In this document: positions 36,404 through 45,387 of the stretch, piece by piece | Position numbering within the stretch: the stretch's first letter is position 1 | Layout of the letters: each line of letters opens with the position of its first letter | Assembly (NCBI GenBank): GCA_017473455.1 | Contig: JAFULI010000069.1 | Coordinates: 1 to 57,239, forward strand | Length of the DNA: 57,239 nucleotides | Source: Oscillospiraceae bacterium | GTDB lineage: Bacteria; Bacillota; Clostridia; Oscillospirales; Oscillospiraceae | Direction: 5' to 3' | Translations under genes and position numbers: made by a program | The notes under the pieces: generated by a model | Told to the model about the DNA's origin: nothing | Database searches by the model: none | What the model saw: the letters and a program-made list of their open reading frames with translations, nothing else

Positions 36404-37600
36404 TCAGGTTTCTTCTTCCGTTTGGGGAACGGCAAGAGCTGCCGGGTTCAGCAGTGCCAGACCCATGGCAATCCAGAAGGTATTATAGTGCAGGGAAAAG
36501 GACAAATCGTCCAGAATGCAATGCACAGCCACCGTAGCACTAATCAGAAGAATGTGGTAATGCTTCTGCTTCCACAGTCGGTACATTGCCCACGTGGCAA
36601 CGCCCAGCAGTGCAGCGATAAACAAAATGCCGTAGCGCTGCATTACCTTGACGTACAGACAGTCCACATAGGTATACGCTTTGTTGGTGGAGTTTCCGAA
36701 GGCATCCAAACCGTTGCCCACCCAGGAAATCTGACGGGCAAAGAGGCTGACACCCTTACTCTCCAAAGAGCGTTTGCCCAGACTCAGGCGGCTTTCCAGC
36801 ATAGAGTTGAGCTTTCGCATCCAGGGAATGGAGCCGTTATAAATTCCCGTCATCACCATGGACACACTGCCGCAAATTCCAAAGGACGCTGCCGCCAGTG
36901 CCCACAGTCCCTGAAGCTTTTCCACCCACTTGGGTGCAAAACGCATTATCTGCGCTGCCACCAGAAGCAGGATCGCCAGAGCGAAGGAGATCCGGGAGTC
37001 GGTTTTATAATAGACCCATGCGTTGACTGCCGCAAGAATGACTGTGCCCAAGATGGACGGCTTTTTGCGGTTCAGGTAAATCCACAGTGCTGTGATATTC
37101 AAAAGCAGACCCGGAGCATACAAAGCGTACCGAAACCCCAGATATTCCCGGACACGGCTTCCCTTTGCCACCACCACATTGTCAATGATTCCAAGGTATC
37201 CGCTTGCCACTACAAAGCAGGTAAGAACAATACTGAGGTTCATGCTAAACCTTGCCACCCGTTCAAAATGCAGGTTTCTGGCACAATAGGTATACATAAA
37301 CAACAGCGGCACAAGACGAATCAGGTTACCGGTGGATACCTGCAGGGAAATCAGCGCCATAATACCGCAGATGCCCAGCCCCAGCCAGTTTTGCCCCTGC
37401 AGACCTTTCCGAAACTCGTAAATCAACAGCAGTGCCACGCAGGCGGACTGGATCCACGTATAGGGATAGCCCATGAAATATCGGTAGTAAAAAGATGTGC
37501 TCAGCACTGAGGTGGCAAGAAACACACCGTAGGACAGAAAAAACGGAACGTCCTGCCAGCGCACCCCTTGCAATCTCCGGGAGATAACACCGTTTTTCAA
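36404..37600 (-). CDS. Wzy-like polysaccharide polymerase
   Basis: About 10 TM segments, REYLGF, TDSR, LESRL, YVDCLY; last gene of the glycopolymer operon. Confidence 0.7.
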   Translation of the reverse strand: MKNGVISRRLQGVRWQDVPFFLSYGVFLATSVLSTSFYYRYFMGYPYTWIQSACVALLLIYEFRKGLQGQNWLGLGICGIMALISLQVSTGNLIRLVPLLFMYTYCARNLHFERVARFSMNLSIVLTCFVVASGYLGIIDNVVVAKGSRVREYLGFRYALYAPGLLLNITALWIYLNRKKPSILGTVILAAVNAWVYYKTDSRISFALAILLLVAAQIMRFAPKWVEKLQGLWALAAASFGICGSVSMVMTGIYNGSIPWMRKLNSMLESRLSLGKRSLESKGVSLFARQISWVGNGLDAFGNSTNKAYTYVDCLYVKVMQRYGILFIAALLGVATWAMYRLWKQKHYHILLISATVAVHCILDDLSFSLHYNTFWIAMGLALLNPAALAVPQTEEET

Positions 37601-37618
37601 GTTGATAACGACCTCACT

Positions 37619-38593
37619 TTACATCAGCAAACCGGCTATATGATAGGCTCGGCATCCGGTTTTCACCATGACCTTTACGAAACGGCTGTAATCCATAGCC
37701 GCAATCAGCACCTCCGGGGCTTCCTGCTTAAGGCGCTGGGTAAAGCCCTTCAGCTCTGCGTAAGGGCCTTTGCCCCGGTCAAGGTAACAGTAGTATTTCA
37801 TCTGGGCGGCGGTTTCCTTCACCAAACGGCGCAGGAGAAACTGGCGTTTGGCTGTCTGCTGCTCCTCCAGTCCGTGATAAATCTCCACCAGATTCCAGAA
37901 CACGGTTTCATGCTCCTTATAATGCTTGCGGATTCCGGTCTTACTGACACTTTGCCCCTCCAGACCTACACGGTAGACGTAGATGGGCTTATGCCAAATA
38001 TACAGACTGCGCAAATACGGCAGGGGGCGGTTTACCAGCTCCACATCCGTATAGAAACAATGCTCCGTGATGGTGATGTTATGCTCCTGCAAAAGAACGG
38101 TACGGAAGCAGGAGCAGTGCATGGGGCAGATATGCCGGAAGTCCACCTCGTCAAAGGGGTACTTCCCCTCGCTCATATGCTCAAAATAGTCCTTCACCAC
38201 TTCGCTGCCGTCGGACTCGTTCACCATACGCATGGGGGTAAGGATATAGTCCGCATCCACCTTACGAAGCAAGTCCACAAATTCGCAGAGGTTCTCCGTT
38301 TCGAACCAGTCGTCGCCGTCAAGCTGCTTGAAGTATTTTCCCTTGGCAAGACGGATGCTGGTATTGATTACGGAGCCGTAGCCGCCGTTTTCCTTATGGA
38401 CACCGAAAATGCTGTTCGGGTACTTTTCTTCATATTCCTTCACAATTTGAAGGGTATCGTCCTTGCCGCCATCGTCCACCACCAGAATCTGCAGAGCATC
38501 GATACAGCCCTCGCTGATGATAGAGTCCAGAGTGTTACGGATATATCCGCTGACATTGTAGGCGGCAATGGAAATGGTTAAAATCTTTTCCAT
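37619..38593 (-). CDS. GT2 glycosyltransferase
   Basis: LTISIAAYN, VDDGGKD, KENGGYGS, LDGDDW, FYTDVE. Confidence 0.92.
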   Translation of the reverse strand: MEKILTISIAAYNVSGYIRNTLDSIISEGCIDALQILVVDDGGKDDTLQIVKEYEEKYPNSIFGVHKENGGYGSVINTSIRLAKGKYFKQLDGDDWFETENLCEFVDLLRKVDADYILTPMRMVNESDGSEVVKDYFEHMSEGKYPFDEVDFRHICPMHCSCFRTVLLQEHNITITEHCFYTDVELVNRPLPYLRSLYIWHKPIYVYRVGLEGQSVSKTGIRKHYKEHETVFWNLVEIYHGLEEQQTAKRQFLLRRLVKETAAQMKYYCYLDRGKGPYAELKGFTQRLKQEAPEVLIAAMDYSRFVKVMVKTGCRAYHIAGLLM

Positions 38594-38605
38594 GGTATTC
38601 CTCAT

Positions 38606-39628
38606 TCAGTTCATTGCGTCCAGAGTGGCTTTCACTCCGGCATTCAGGTCAAACCGCCCCCGCCAGCCCAATGCTTCCAGAGTGGCAGCATCCAAGTCGG
38701 ATCGGTCCATCAGATTATAACTTTTTGCCTCAGCGGCAGTGGCATCGGTAAAGACCAGACGGACACCGGCGGCATCCGCGAATGCCTGCGCCATCTGCCG
38801 GATGGTGACAACGCTTTCGGGGTTGGAGATATTATAGGCATGGGCAGTTTCTCCCCGAAGCAGTACCGTCAGAATTGCGGTGGCACAGTCGAGGACATAG
38901 CAGTAAGAGCGAAGCTGAGTGCCTGCGCTTTTCATCACGATATCCTTCCCTGCCAGCGCATCTCTGGGAAACTGGGTGGATGCCCGATTGTCCGATGCCG
39001 TAGCCGTAGGGCCGTAGACGTGCCCCGGTCGGACAATGACCGTATCCAGACCGTACTGGTTGGAATAAGCAGCGCAGAGCGTTTCCGCGGCACGCTTGGC
39101 GCTGGGATAGCAGGCACGGGGGTTCAGAATATCCACATAGCCGTAGTCCCCCTCCCGGTAGGAACGGTCGGCTTCCCGTTTTCCATAGACCTCACTGGAG
39201 GAAATATACAGCACCCGTTTCCCTTTATGGGCAGCCGCATATTCCAGCAGTCCGTTCAAGCCGGTAAGGTTGGCAAGCATGGTCTGCACCGGCTCCCGGC
39301 TATAGGCAGCAGGGCTGGCATTGGAAGCGCCGTGGATATAGTAATCAAAGCTCTCCTCCCAAGAGAGGGGTGCAAGGGCATCGTAGGCGCAAAAATGCAG
39401 CTCCTCCCTGCCCTGCCAGTAAGAAAACCGGCTTTGGAGCTTACGGACATCCCGACCGGCAGCATAAACATGGACATCGCCCATTGCCATCAGCACATCC
39501 ACAAGCCCAGAGCAAATCAACCCCGAAGCACCGGTAATCAGAACCCGGCTGCCCTTAAGCACCCCACATTCCGGCACATCCATGGCAGCTTGGGATAAAT
39601 CCCGAAGGTAGTTTTCCGTATATGTCAT
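38606..39628 (-). CDS. NAD-dependent epimerase/dehydratase-family enzyme (probable CDP-pentitol reductase partner)
   Basis: ITGASGLICS, SSSEVYG, YPSAKR; adjacent to the TarI-like gene. Confidence 0.85.
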   Translation of the reverse strand: MTYTENYLRDLSQAAMDVPECGVLKGSRVLITGASGLICSGLVDVLMAMGDVHVYAAGRDVRKLQSRFSYWQGREELHFCAYDALAPLSWEESFDYYIHGASNASPAAYSREPVQTMLANLTGLNGLLEYAAAHKGKRVLYISSSEVYGKREADRSYREGDYGYVDILNPRACYPSAKRAAETLCAAYSNQYGLDTVIVRPGHVYGPTATASDNRASTQFPRDALAGKDIVMKSAGTQLRSYCYVLDCATAILTVLLRGETAHAYNISNPESVVTIRQMAQAFADAAGVRLVFTDATAAEAKSYNLMDRSDLDAATLEALGWRGRFDLNAGVKATLDAMN

Positions 39629-39632
39629 GGTC

Positions 39633-40346
39633 TTACTTCTTAATCCAGCTATCCTGCGTCATATACAGCAGGGCTTTGAAAATCTTCAAATCATCCAGTG
39701 TGGTAATTTTCAGGTTTTCCTCGGAGCCTTTGGAGAAGTAGGTCATCCGTCCCAACTCCTTCATCAGCATACAGGAAGCCGCCGTACCGGTAATTCCCCG
39801 CTTTTCCGCTTCCAGATGGGCTCCGTACAAATCCCCAAGACGGTAAGTATGAGGAGTCTGGGTACGAAGCAGCCGCTCCCGGGGAGTGGATACGCAGGAG
39901 CTGATGCCATCATCAGACTCAAAGACCACCTCAGTGCAGGGAATCGCCGCCACAGCGCTGCCATACTTAGCAAAGGTGGCAAGGCTGTCGGAAATGATTT
40001 CGCTGGAAACCAGAGGGCGGTTACCGTCATGAATCAGGACTACATCCTCATCGGACAGCTCCTGCTTCAAAACATCCAGACCTCTGCGGATGGAATCCTG
40101 CCCGGACTCACCACCGGGTACCACCCACTTCAGCTTGGTGATATTAAACTGCTTGGCATATGCCCAAAGCACAGCACTCCAGGATTCCAGCGTTACCACA
40201 ATGATTGCGTCAATGCTGGGATGGTTCTGGAATGCCTCCATGGTATAGATTATCACCGGCTTATTGTCCACGTGGATAAACTGCTTGGGAATGTCCTGAT
40301 GCATCCGGGTGCCGCTGCCGGCGGCAGTAAGCAGTGCTACATTCAT
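39633..40346 (-). CDS. IspD/TarI family cytidylyltransferase
   Basis: AAGSGTRM, PKQF, IHDGNRP, QTP, NLKITT. Confidence 0.9.
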   Translation of the reverse strand: MNVALLTAAGSGTRMHQDIPKQFIHVDNKPVIIYTMEAFQNHPSIDAIIVVTLESWSAVLWAYAKQFNITKLKWVVPGGESGQDSIRRGLDVLKQELSDEDVVLIHDGNRPLVSSEIISDSLATFAKYGSAVAAIPCTEVVFESDDGISSCVSTPRERLLRTQTPHTYRLGDLYGAHLEAEKRGITGTAASCMLMKELGRMTYFSKGSEENLKITTLDDLKIFKALLYMTQDSWIKK

Positions 40347-40357
40347 AGTTTTTCTCC

Positions 40358-41188
40358 TTATTCCACGTCTACCCGATAACCGCTGTCGCAGTGGGGAACC
40401 TGCTGTTCCTTCGGGGGCAGACGCATATAATCTCCATACAGATTTGTCAGGTAAATGTGATAGTTTTCAAAGACCGGGGCGCTGATTTGTTCAAAGGGAA
40501 GCCGCTTTTGGGGCAGCATCTCTTCCTTGCGCCAACGTTCCCGCTGTCCGTACATACCGCTGATGGCTCCCACATATTCCGCTTTTTCATAAGGAACGGA
40601 CTGACAGACCTTGTCCAATGCCCGGGCGATGCGGAACGGCCCGATTTTCTTCAGCAGGGGGCGGTACAGATTTTTGATTTTTCCAGCCAGCGCTCCCCGA
40701 CGGCTGGTACCGGGCTTTTCCACACTGGTCAGCAGGAAACGGCGAAGCTGCCGCACCCGGAAGCATTGAAACCGAAATGCCGCTTTTCCGGATTTCAGAC
40801 CGTCAATCGGGAAGATATCCATGCCGATATAGGGGCAGTCGGAGTCCTCTGCCATATCAGAAAGCCGCTTGACATCATGACGAATATATCTGCCAAAATG
40901 TCGGGGGAAGGTTTCGTCCCGATGGCTGATTACATCCCGATGGGAAGGCAGGTTCAGCTTTCCTTCCGCCTTGAGTGCCAGAAGCCGCTCAAAGTCCGGA
41001 CGGGGCATACATACATCCACATCGTTATCCCAAGGAATAAAGCCGCCGTGACGCACCGCTCCCAGCAAAGAACCGCCTGCCAAATCATAGCGCAGACCGT
41101 GGGCGGCACACAGGGTATCAAATTCCGCCAGCAGTTCCAGATAGACCTGCTGCATTTGTTCTAAAGTGAGCAAATTGGGGGTATCCAA
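40358..41188 (-). CDS. LicD family phosphotransferase
   Basis: GGSLLGAVRHGGFIPWDNDVD, DIFPID, YGDYM. Confidence 0.92.
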   Translation of the reverse strand: MDTPNLLTLEQMQQVYLELLAEFDTLCAAHGLRYDLAGGSLLGAVRHGGFIPWDNDVDVCMPRPDFERLLALKAEGKLNLPSHRDVISHRDETFPRHFGRYIRHDVKRLSDMAEDSDCPYIGMDIFPIDGLKSGKAAFRFQCFRVRQLRRFLLTSVEKPGTSRRGALAGKIKNLYRPLLKKIGPFRIARALDKVCQSVPYEKAEYVGAISGMYGQRERWRKEEMLPQKRLPFEQISAPVFENYHIYLTNLYGDYMRLPPKEQQVPHCDSGYRVDVE

Positions 41189-41206
41189 GGCGTACTCTCC
41201 TTTGGT

Positions 41207-42544
41207 TTACATTTCGATTCCGGTATACTCTCCCCGGTGGAACTTTTCCAGAATCGCCGTGGAGCGAAGGACATCCTGACGGGTATGCACCAGCGAGCGT
41301 TCCGTGCCGTTGATGGCATGAAGGAAGCTGTAAATCATATAGCGCAAACCCTCGCCCTCGTAATTATAAAAATACTTTTTAACGTTCCGAAGATCCTCAG
41401 AGCGGATTTCAAAATACTCCGTCCGCCACCAAGGCGCCGGTACATACAGATAGCCCTTGGTGCCGGTGATAATCAGCTCTCCTTCCACCTTGATGCCCTT
41501 ACCAACCTTGATGGAGGCGGTGGCATTCTGGTAGCGGAGCAAGCCCCGGGTAAAGTAGCTGAAATCTCCCTTCTGGAAATCAATGAGCTGACAATCCAGA
41601 CATTCGGACTCGTATAGCTTAATAATGGGAAGCAGGACATCGGAACACCAGTCGTAAAGGCTTCCCAGATACTTATTGGTTTCCACCTGCTCCATATGTT
41701 CAGGAATCTGGCTGCAGGATACGTCAATATCCTTGACCGCACCGATGACACCGCTCTTGACCAACAGAAGCATATGCTCAAAGGCGGGGAAATACAGGGT
41801 TTTCAGTCCCTCAAACAGAACAAGTCCCAATTCGTCCGCCCGTTCATAACAGCGGTTCGCCTCCGCCACCGTCAGGAACATGGGAGGATTGCAAATAACG
41901 TGGCAGCCGGCATCCAGTGCCGCCATGATTTGCTCATAGTGTTCGTTCACCGGGGTATTGAGAAACACCGCATCGCAGGCAGCATAGAGGTCTTCCGCAG
42001 TTTCCGTACGCTCCAAGCCCTTACCCCGGCAGAATTTATTCATATTCTGGGCATCCGGGTCGCAGACAGCGGTTACTTCCATACCGGAAACGGCTTTGCA
42101 TTCGCTGAAGAACCGCTCCGCCGCATTGCCAATTCCCAGAATGCCCACCTTGACTGCAGGCTTATTACTGGCACGCAGAACCGTAGAACTGATGCCTCTG
42201 GTTCTGGGAAGGTACACAACCTGACAATACTCACTGAGGTAGTCAAACTTACCCACCCAGTCAGAGCCAACGGTGAAAATATCCACAGCGTACTTCTGGA
42301 TGTCCGAAATCTTCTGACCCTCGTATTCCTCTACGATAATCTGGTCGGCAATGCCAAGCTGGCGGACGTTTTCAATTCTCTCCGCCAAGGACTGACTGAC
42401 ATTCAGTTTGCCCCGTTCCTTATCAAAACCGTCAGCCGTTACGCCTACGATGAGATAATCGCCCAGCGCCTTCGCCCGTTTCAGCAGGGCAACATGGCCA
42501 TGGTGGAGCAAATCATAGGTACCGTATGTGATTACTTTTTTCAT
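41207..42544 (-). CDS. TagD-like cytidylyltransferase fused to Gfo/Idh/MocA oxidoreductase
   Basis: YGTYDLLHHGH...RTRGISST then VGILGIGNAA Rossmann fold. Confidence 0.88.
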   Translation of the reverse strand: MKKVITYGTYDLLHHGHVALLKRAKALGDYLIVGVTADGFDKERGKLNVSQSLAERIENVRQLGIADQIIVEEYEGQKISDIQKYAVDIFTVGSDWVGKFDYLSEYCQVVYLPRTRGISSTVLRASNKPAVKVGILGIGNAAERFFSECKAVSGMEVTAVCDPDAQNMNKFCRGKGLERTETAEDLYAACDAVFLNTPVNEHYEQIMAALDAGCHVICNPPMFLTVAEANRCYERADELGLVLFEGLKTLYFPAFEHMLLLVKSGVIGAVKDIDVSCSQIPEHMEQVETNKYLGSLYDWCSDVLLPIIKLYESECLDCQLIDFQKGDFSYFTRGLLRYQNATASIKVGKGIKVEGELIITGTKGYLYVPAPWWRTEYFEIRSEDLRNVKKYFYNYEGEGLRYMIYSFLHAINGTERSLVHTRQDVLRSTAILEKFHRGEYTGIEM

Positions 42545-42556
42545 GTTACTGTCCCT

Positions 42557-43633
42557 TTATTTCAGGATGCCCCGATCAGCCAAATCCTGCAGAGCATCAA
42601 TCAACCTGGTATTATCCTCACAGGTCAGCGCACCGATGTGCCCCACCCGAAAAATACGTTCACTCAGTTCCCCACCATTGGGGCAAACCCAGATACCGTA
42701 CTCGTCCTTCAGCACCGTGAAGATGTCATAGGCAGAGCAGTTTCTGGTCATCAAAGGGGTTACGGCATTGGACATGGCTTCCGAAGCAATATCCAGCGGC
42801 AGGGAGGCAATCCGGCTGCGGAAGTCCTGAGCAATGGCTGCTATCTTCGCGGTTTCCGTTTCTACACCGCCTTGGGCTTCCATGGCTTTCAGCCGGGCAT
42901 TGATTTGCAGCAGCGTACCCACTGCCGGAGTAAAGGGGGTCTGTCCCCGTTCACCGTTTTTCAGGGCGCTCTTCAAATCCAGATACATACTTTTGGTCGG
43001 GTGTTTCTCAATCCGCTCCACCGCCACCGCAGACAGCACAATCACAGAAATTCCGGGAGGGCAGGCAAGGGCTTTCTGAGAGCCGGTAATCATGACGTCC
43101 ACACCCCAGTCCTCCATGCGGAATTCATCGGCAAGGAAAGAGCTGATGGCATCCACCACCAAAAGCAAACCGTTCCGGCGGCAGAAGTCCTGAATGACAT
43201 CGGGATTGTAGCGCACACCGGTGGAGGTTTCGTGAATATTCACCAGAAATGCTGTGAAGCCCCGATTTTCATAGGGGGTCAGGTGTTCTGCCGTCAGCGC
43301 CTTTCCGGTGGGAAGACGGATTTCCTCAAAGGCAATACCGTGCAGCTCGCACAGTTCATGGAAGCGCTGACCGAAGCTGCCGCCGTTAATCAGCAGAACC
43401 TTATCCTCCGCTCCCAGAACATTCATCACCACCGACTCCATAGAGGCGGTTCCGGAGCCGGTAAGAAATACTACGCGGGCATCCGTGGGTGCTTTGGCAA
43501 AGGTCTTAATCAGATTTTCATTTTCCAGCATCACCCGGGAGAATTCCGGGGTGCGGAAGTAAGGAACATGTTGCTGCCCCAGAGCCAATACCTCCGGAGG
43601 GGACTGCACAGGCCCTACGGTAAAGTTTATCAT
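42557..43633 (-). CDS. Class V PLP-dependent enzyme (serine-pyruvate/AEP transaminase-like)
   Basis: NFTVGP, GSGT, HETSTG, VDAISS, GSQKAL, FRVGHIG. Confidence 0.9.
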   Translation of the reverse strand: MINFTVGPVQSPPEVLALGQQHVPYFRTPEFSRVMLENENLIKTFAKAPTDARVVFLTGSGTASMESVVMNVLGAEDKVLLINGGSFGQRFHELCELHGIAFEEIRLPTGKALTAEHLTPYENRGFTAFLVNIHETSTGVRYNPDVIQDFCRRNGLLLVVDAISSFLADEFRMEDWGVDVMITGSQKALACPPGISVIVLSAVAVERIEKHPTKSMYLDLKSALKNGERGQTPFTPAVGTLLQINARLKAMEAQGGVETETAKIAAIAQDFRSRIASLPLDIASEAMSNAVTPLMTRNCSAYDIFTVLKDEYGIWVCPNGGELSERIFRVGHIGALTCEDNTRLIDALQDLADRGILK

Positions 43634-43638
43634 AAATC

Positions 43639-44535
43639 CTACTCCTTATTGCTCCCACGTTCGCCGGGATCGTAAACCAGATAGCAATTACGCTCCTGCT
43701 TTTCCACCGGAGGCACTACCATATAGTCCCCGTAAATGGGACGAAGGTAGGCATCCGTATCTGCCGGTACCCAGCAGGTACGGCCTGAGAAATCCACCTG
43801 CCGATAAGTACAAAGCAGCTCTCTGGGGTTCATTTCTCCAAAATAATGGCGACAGTCCGTGGGAATGGACACATAACGGGAATGCTCGTTTTTACAAATT
43901 GTGTGCCAGTAATCTGTCCATCTTGCCCAGGTTTCATAAGGGGCAAAGCTCAGGCAGAAACCAATGGCACATTTCACCCGAAAGGACAAGCCTCCGGTCA
44001 GACGGGAAAACCATTTCCGCCCCCGGTACAGCCGACGGCAGGAAAGGCAAAAGCCCAAAAACATGGTCATAAAGCCCTGAAAATATCGGGCAACGGGGTT
44101 ATCCGGTACGTTTTCGATGGTATAAATATCAATAAATACTCCGCAGTCCGTCAAGTCCTGCTCCAGAATGGTGCGATACTGGGTGCCTTTCAGCCGGATT
44201 TTCGGGATCACCCGTCCGAAATTCGCCTTGTCCTGAGGGTGGAGCATGGCATACTTTTCCGGATAACGTTCCCGAATGATGGCGGTGAAGGTTTCAAAAT
44301 CCCGACGGGGCATGGCAATATCGATATCATCATCCCAAGGGATAATCCCCCCGGAACGCAAAGCGCCAATGGCACTGCCGCCGATGAGAATGAATTTCAG
44401 ATTGTGCTCCCGGCAAACAGCTATGATATCGTCCAGAATTTCAAGCAGAATGCCATGCAGTTCCTGAAGCTGCGCATCGGAAAGCACCTGCAAGCCGGCA
44501 TCGCCGCCCTTTTTGGCAATATCCTGAAGACGCAT
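43639..44535 (-). CDS. LicD family phosphotransferase
   Basis: GGSAIGALRSGGIIPWDDDID, YGDYM. Confidence 0.9.
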   Translation of the reverse strand: MRLQDIAKKGGDAGLQVLSDAQLQELHGILLEILDDIIAVCREHNLKFILIGGSAIGALRSGGIIPWDDDIDIAMPRRDFETFTAIIRERYPEKYAMLHPQDKANFGRVIPKIRLKGTQYRTILEQDLTDCGVFIDIYTIENVPDNPVARYFQGFMTMFLGFCLSCRRLYRGRKWFSRLTGGLSFRVKCAIGFCLSFAPYETWARWTDYWHTICKNEHSRYVSIPTDCRHYFGEMNPRELLCTYRQVDFSGRTCWVPADTDAYLRPIYGDYMVVPPVEKQERNCYLVYDPGERGSNKE

Positions 44536-45368
44536 TATTCTGCCTCCTCTTCCGCTTTTACCAGTTCGGAAACATGGGCATTGCGGTGCTCCTCCCTGGG
44601 AGGGGTCATATAGTCACCGTAGAGGGATTTGAGATAGGCATCGAATTGCTCAGGCCCTACCAACTCCAAATCCTCAAAGGGGTACCGTGTTTGCTTGCCA
44701 TATACAGATTTGAGGAACAGCTCATTGAATTTATAAGAGGTCTGCCCCATGAAGTTCACAATATAATCAGAATGCTCCAGAGGATACTTTTTCAGCAGTG
44801 CGTCCATCTTATCCAGTTGCTTACGGGTATTGAACCATTTTCCCACCCGGGTCCATGTTGCCAGTTTGATGATGATTCGCTCCGGCAGAGGTCTGCCGGG
44901 ACGCTTGATGTTCACCTTCTCAAAGCAGGAAAGGTGGTATTTCAGCCGAACCATCAGCAATCTCAGCTTGTGCCACTGGCGGCTGAAAAAGCCATTGGGC
45001 ATACCGTCCAGAGGGAACTAATCCACCCAGATGTTTTCCAGTCGCTCTTCCAGACTGCCCATACGGCGAATCTGGTAGCGGTTGTCCACAATTCTGGCGA
45101 AATAATAGTGGTGATGGGTTTCATCCCAATAGGTGCGAAGCTCCAGATGTTCCGGCAGCTTGTCTGCAATCACACCGAGCATCCGCTCATAATCCTCCCG
45201 GGGAATGCCCAAATCCACATCATCATCCCAGGGAATGAAACCCTTGTGACGGACAGCACCCAGCATGGTGCCGCCCTGCATATAGTACGGGATTTTCAGC
45301 TCCTCCAAAATAGGGAGCAACTCCCGAAGTACATAAAGGATATATTGCTGAGTATCGTTCAAATGCAT
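44535..45368 (-). pseudogene. LicD family gene interrupted by in-frame TAG at 45018-45020
   Basis: GGTMLGAVRHKGFIPWDDDVD...IWVD*FPLDGMP...YGDYMTPP; both ORF halves share one frame. Confidence 0.85.
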
Positions 45369-45387
45369 TGTATCATTCTCCGTTCCA

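Noticed and set aside
39633-40346. Housekeeping ispD of the MEP pathway
   Set aside because: Context (SDR, LicD, GT2, Wzy-like) fits a TarI-type role; no ispF nearby
42557-43633. Phosphonate (AEP) biosynthesis cluster
   Set aside because: No PEP mutase or phosphonopyruvate decarboxylase in the window
45018-45020. Pyrrolysine or genome-wide TAG recoding
   Set aside because: TAG ends ordinary genes here (10180, 23649, 34980), no pyl genes are visible, and the position is a conserved Leu/Ile one base from TTG
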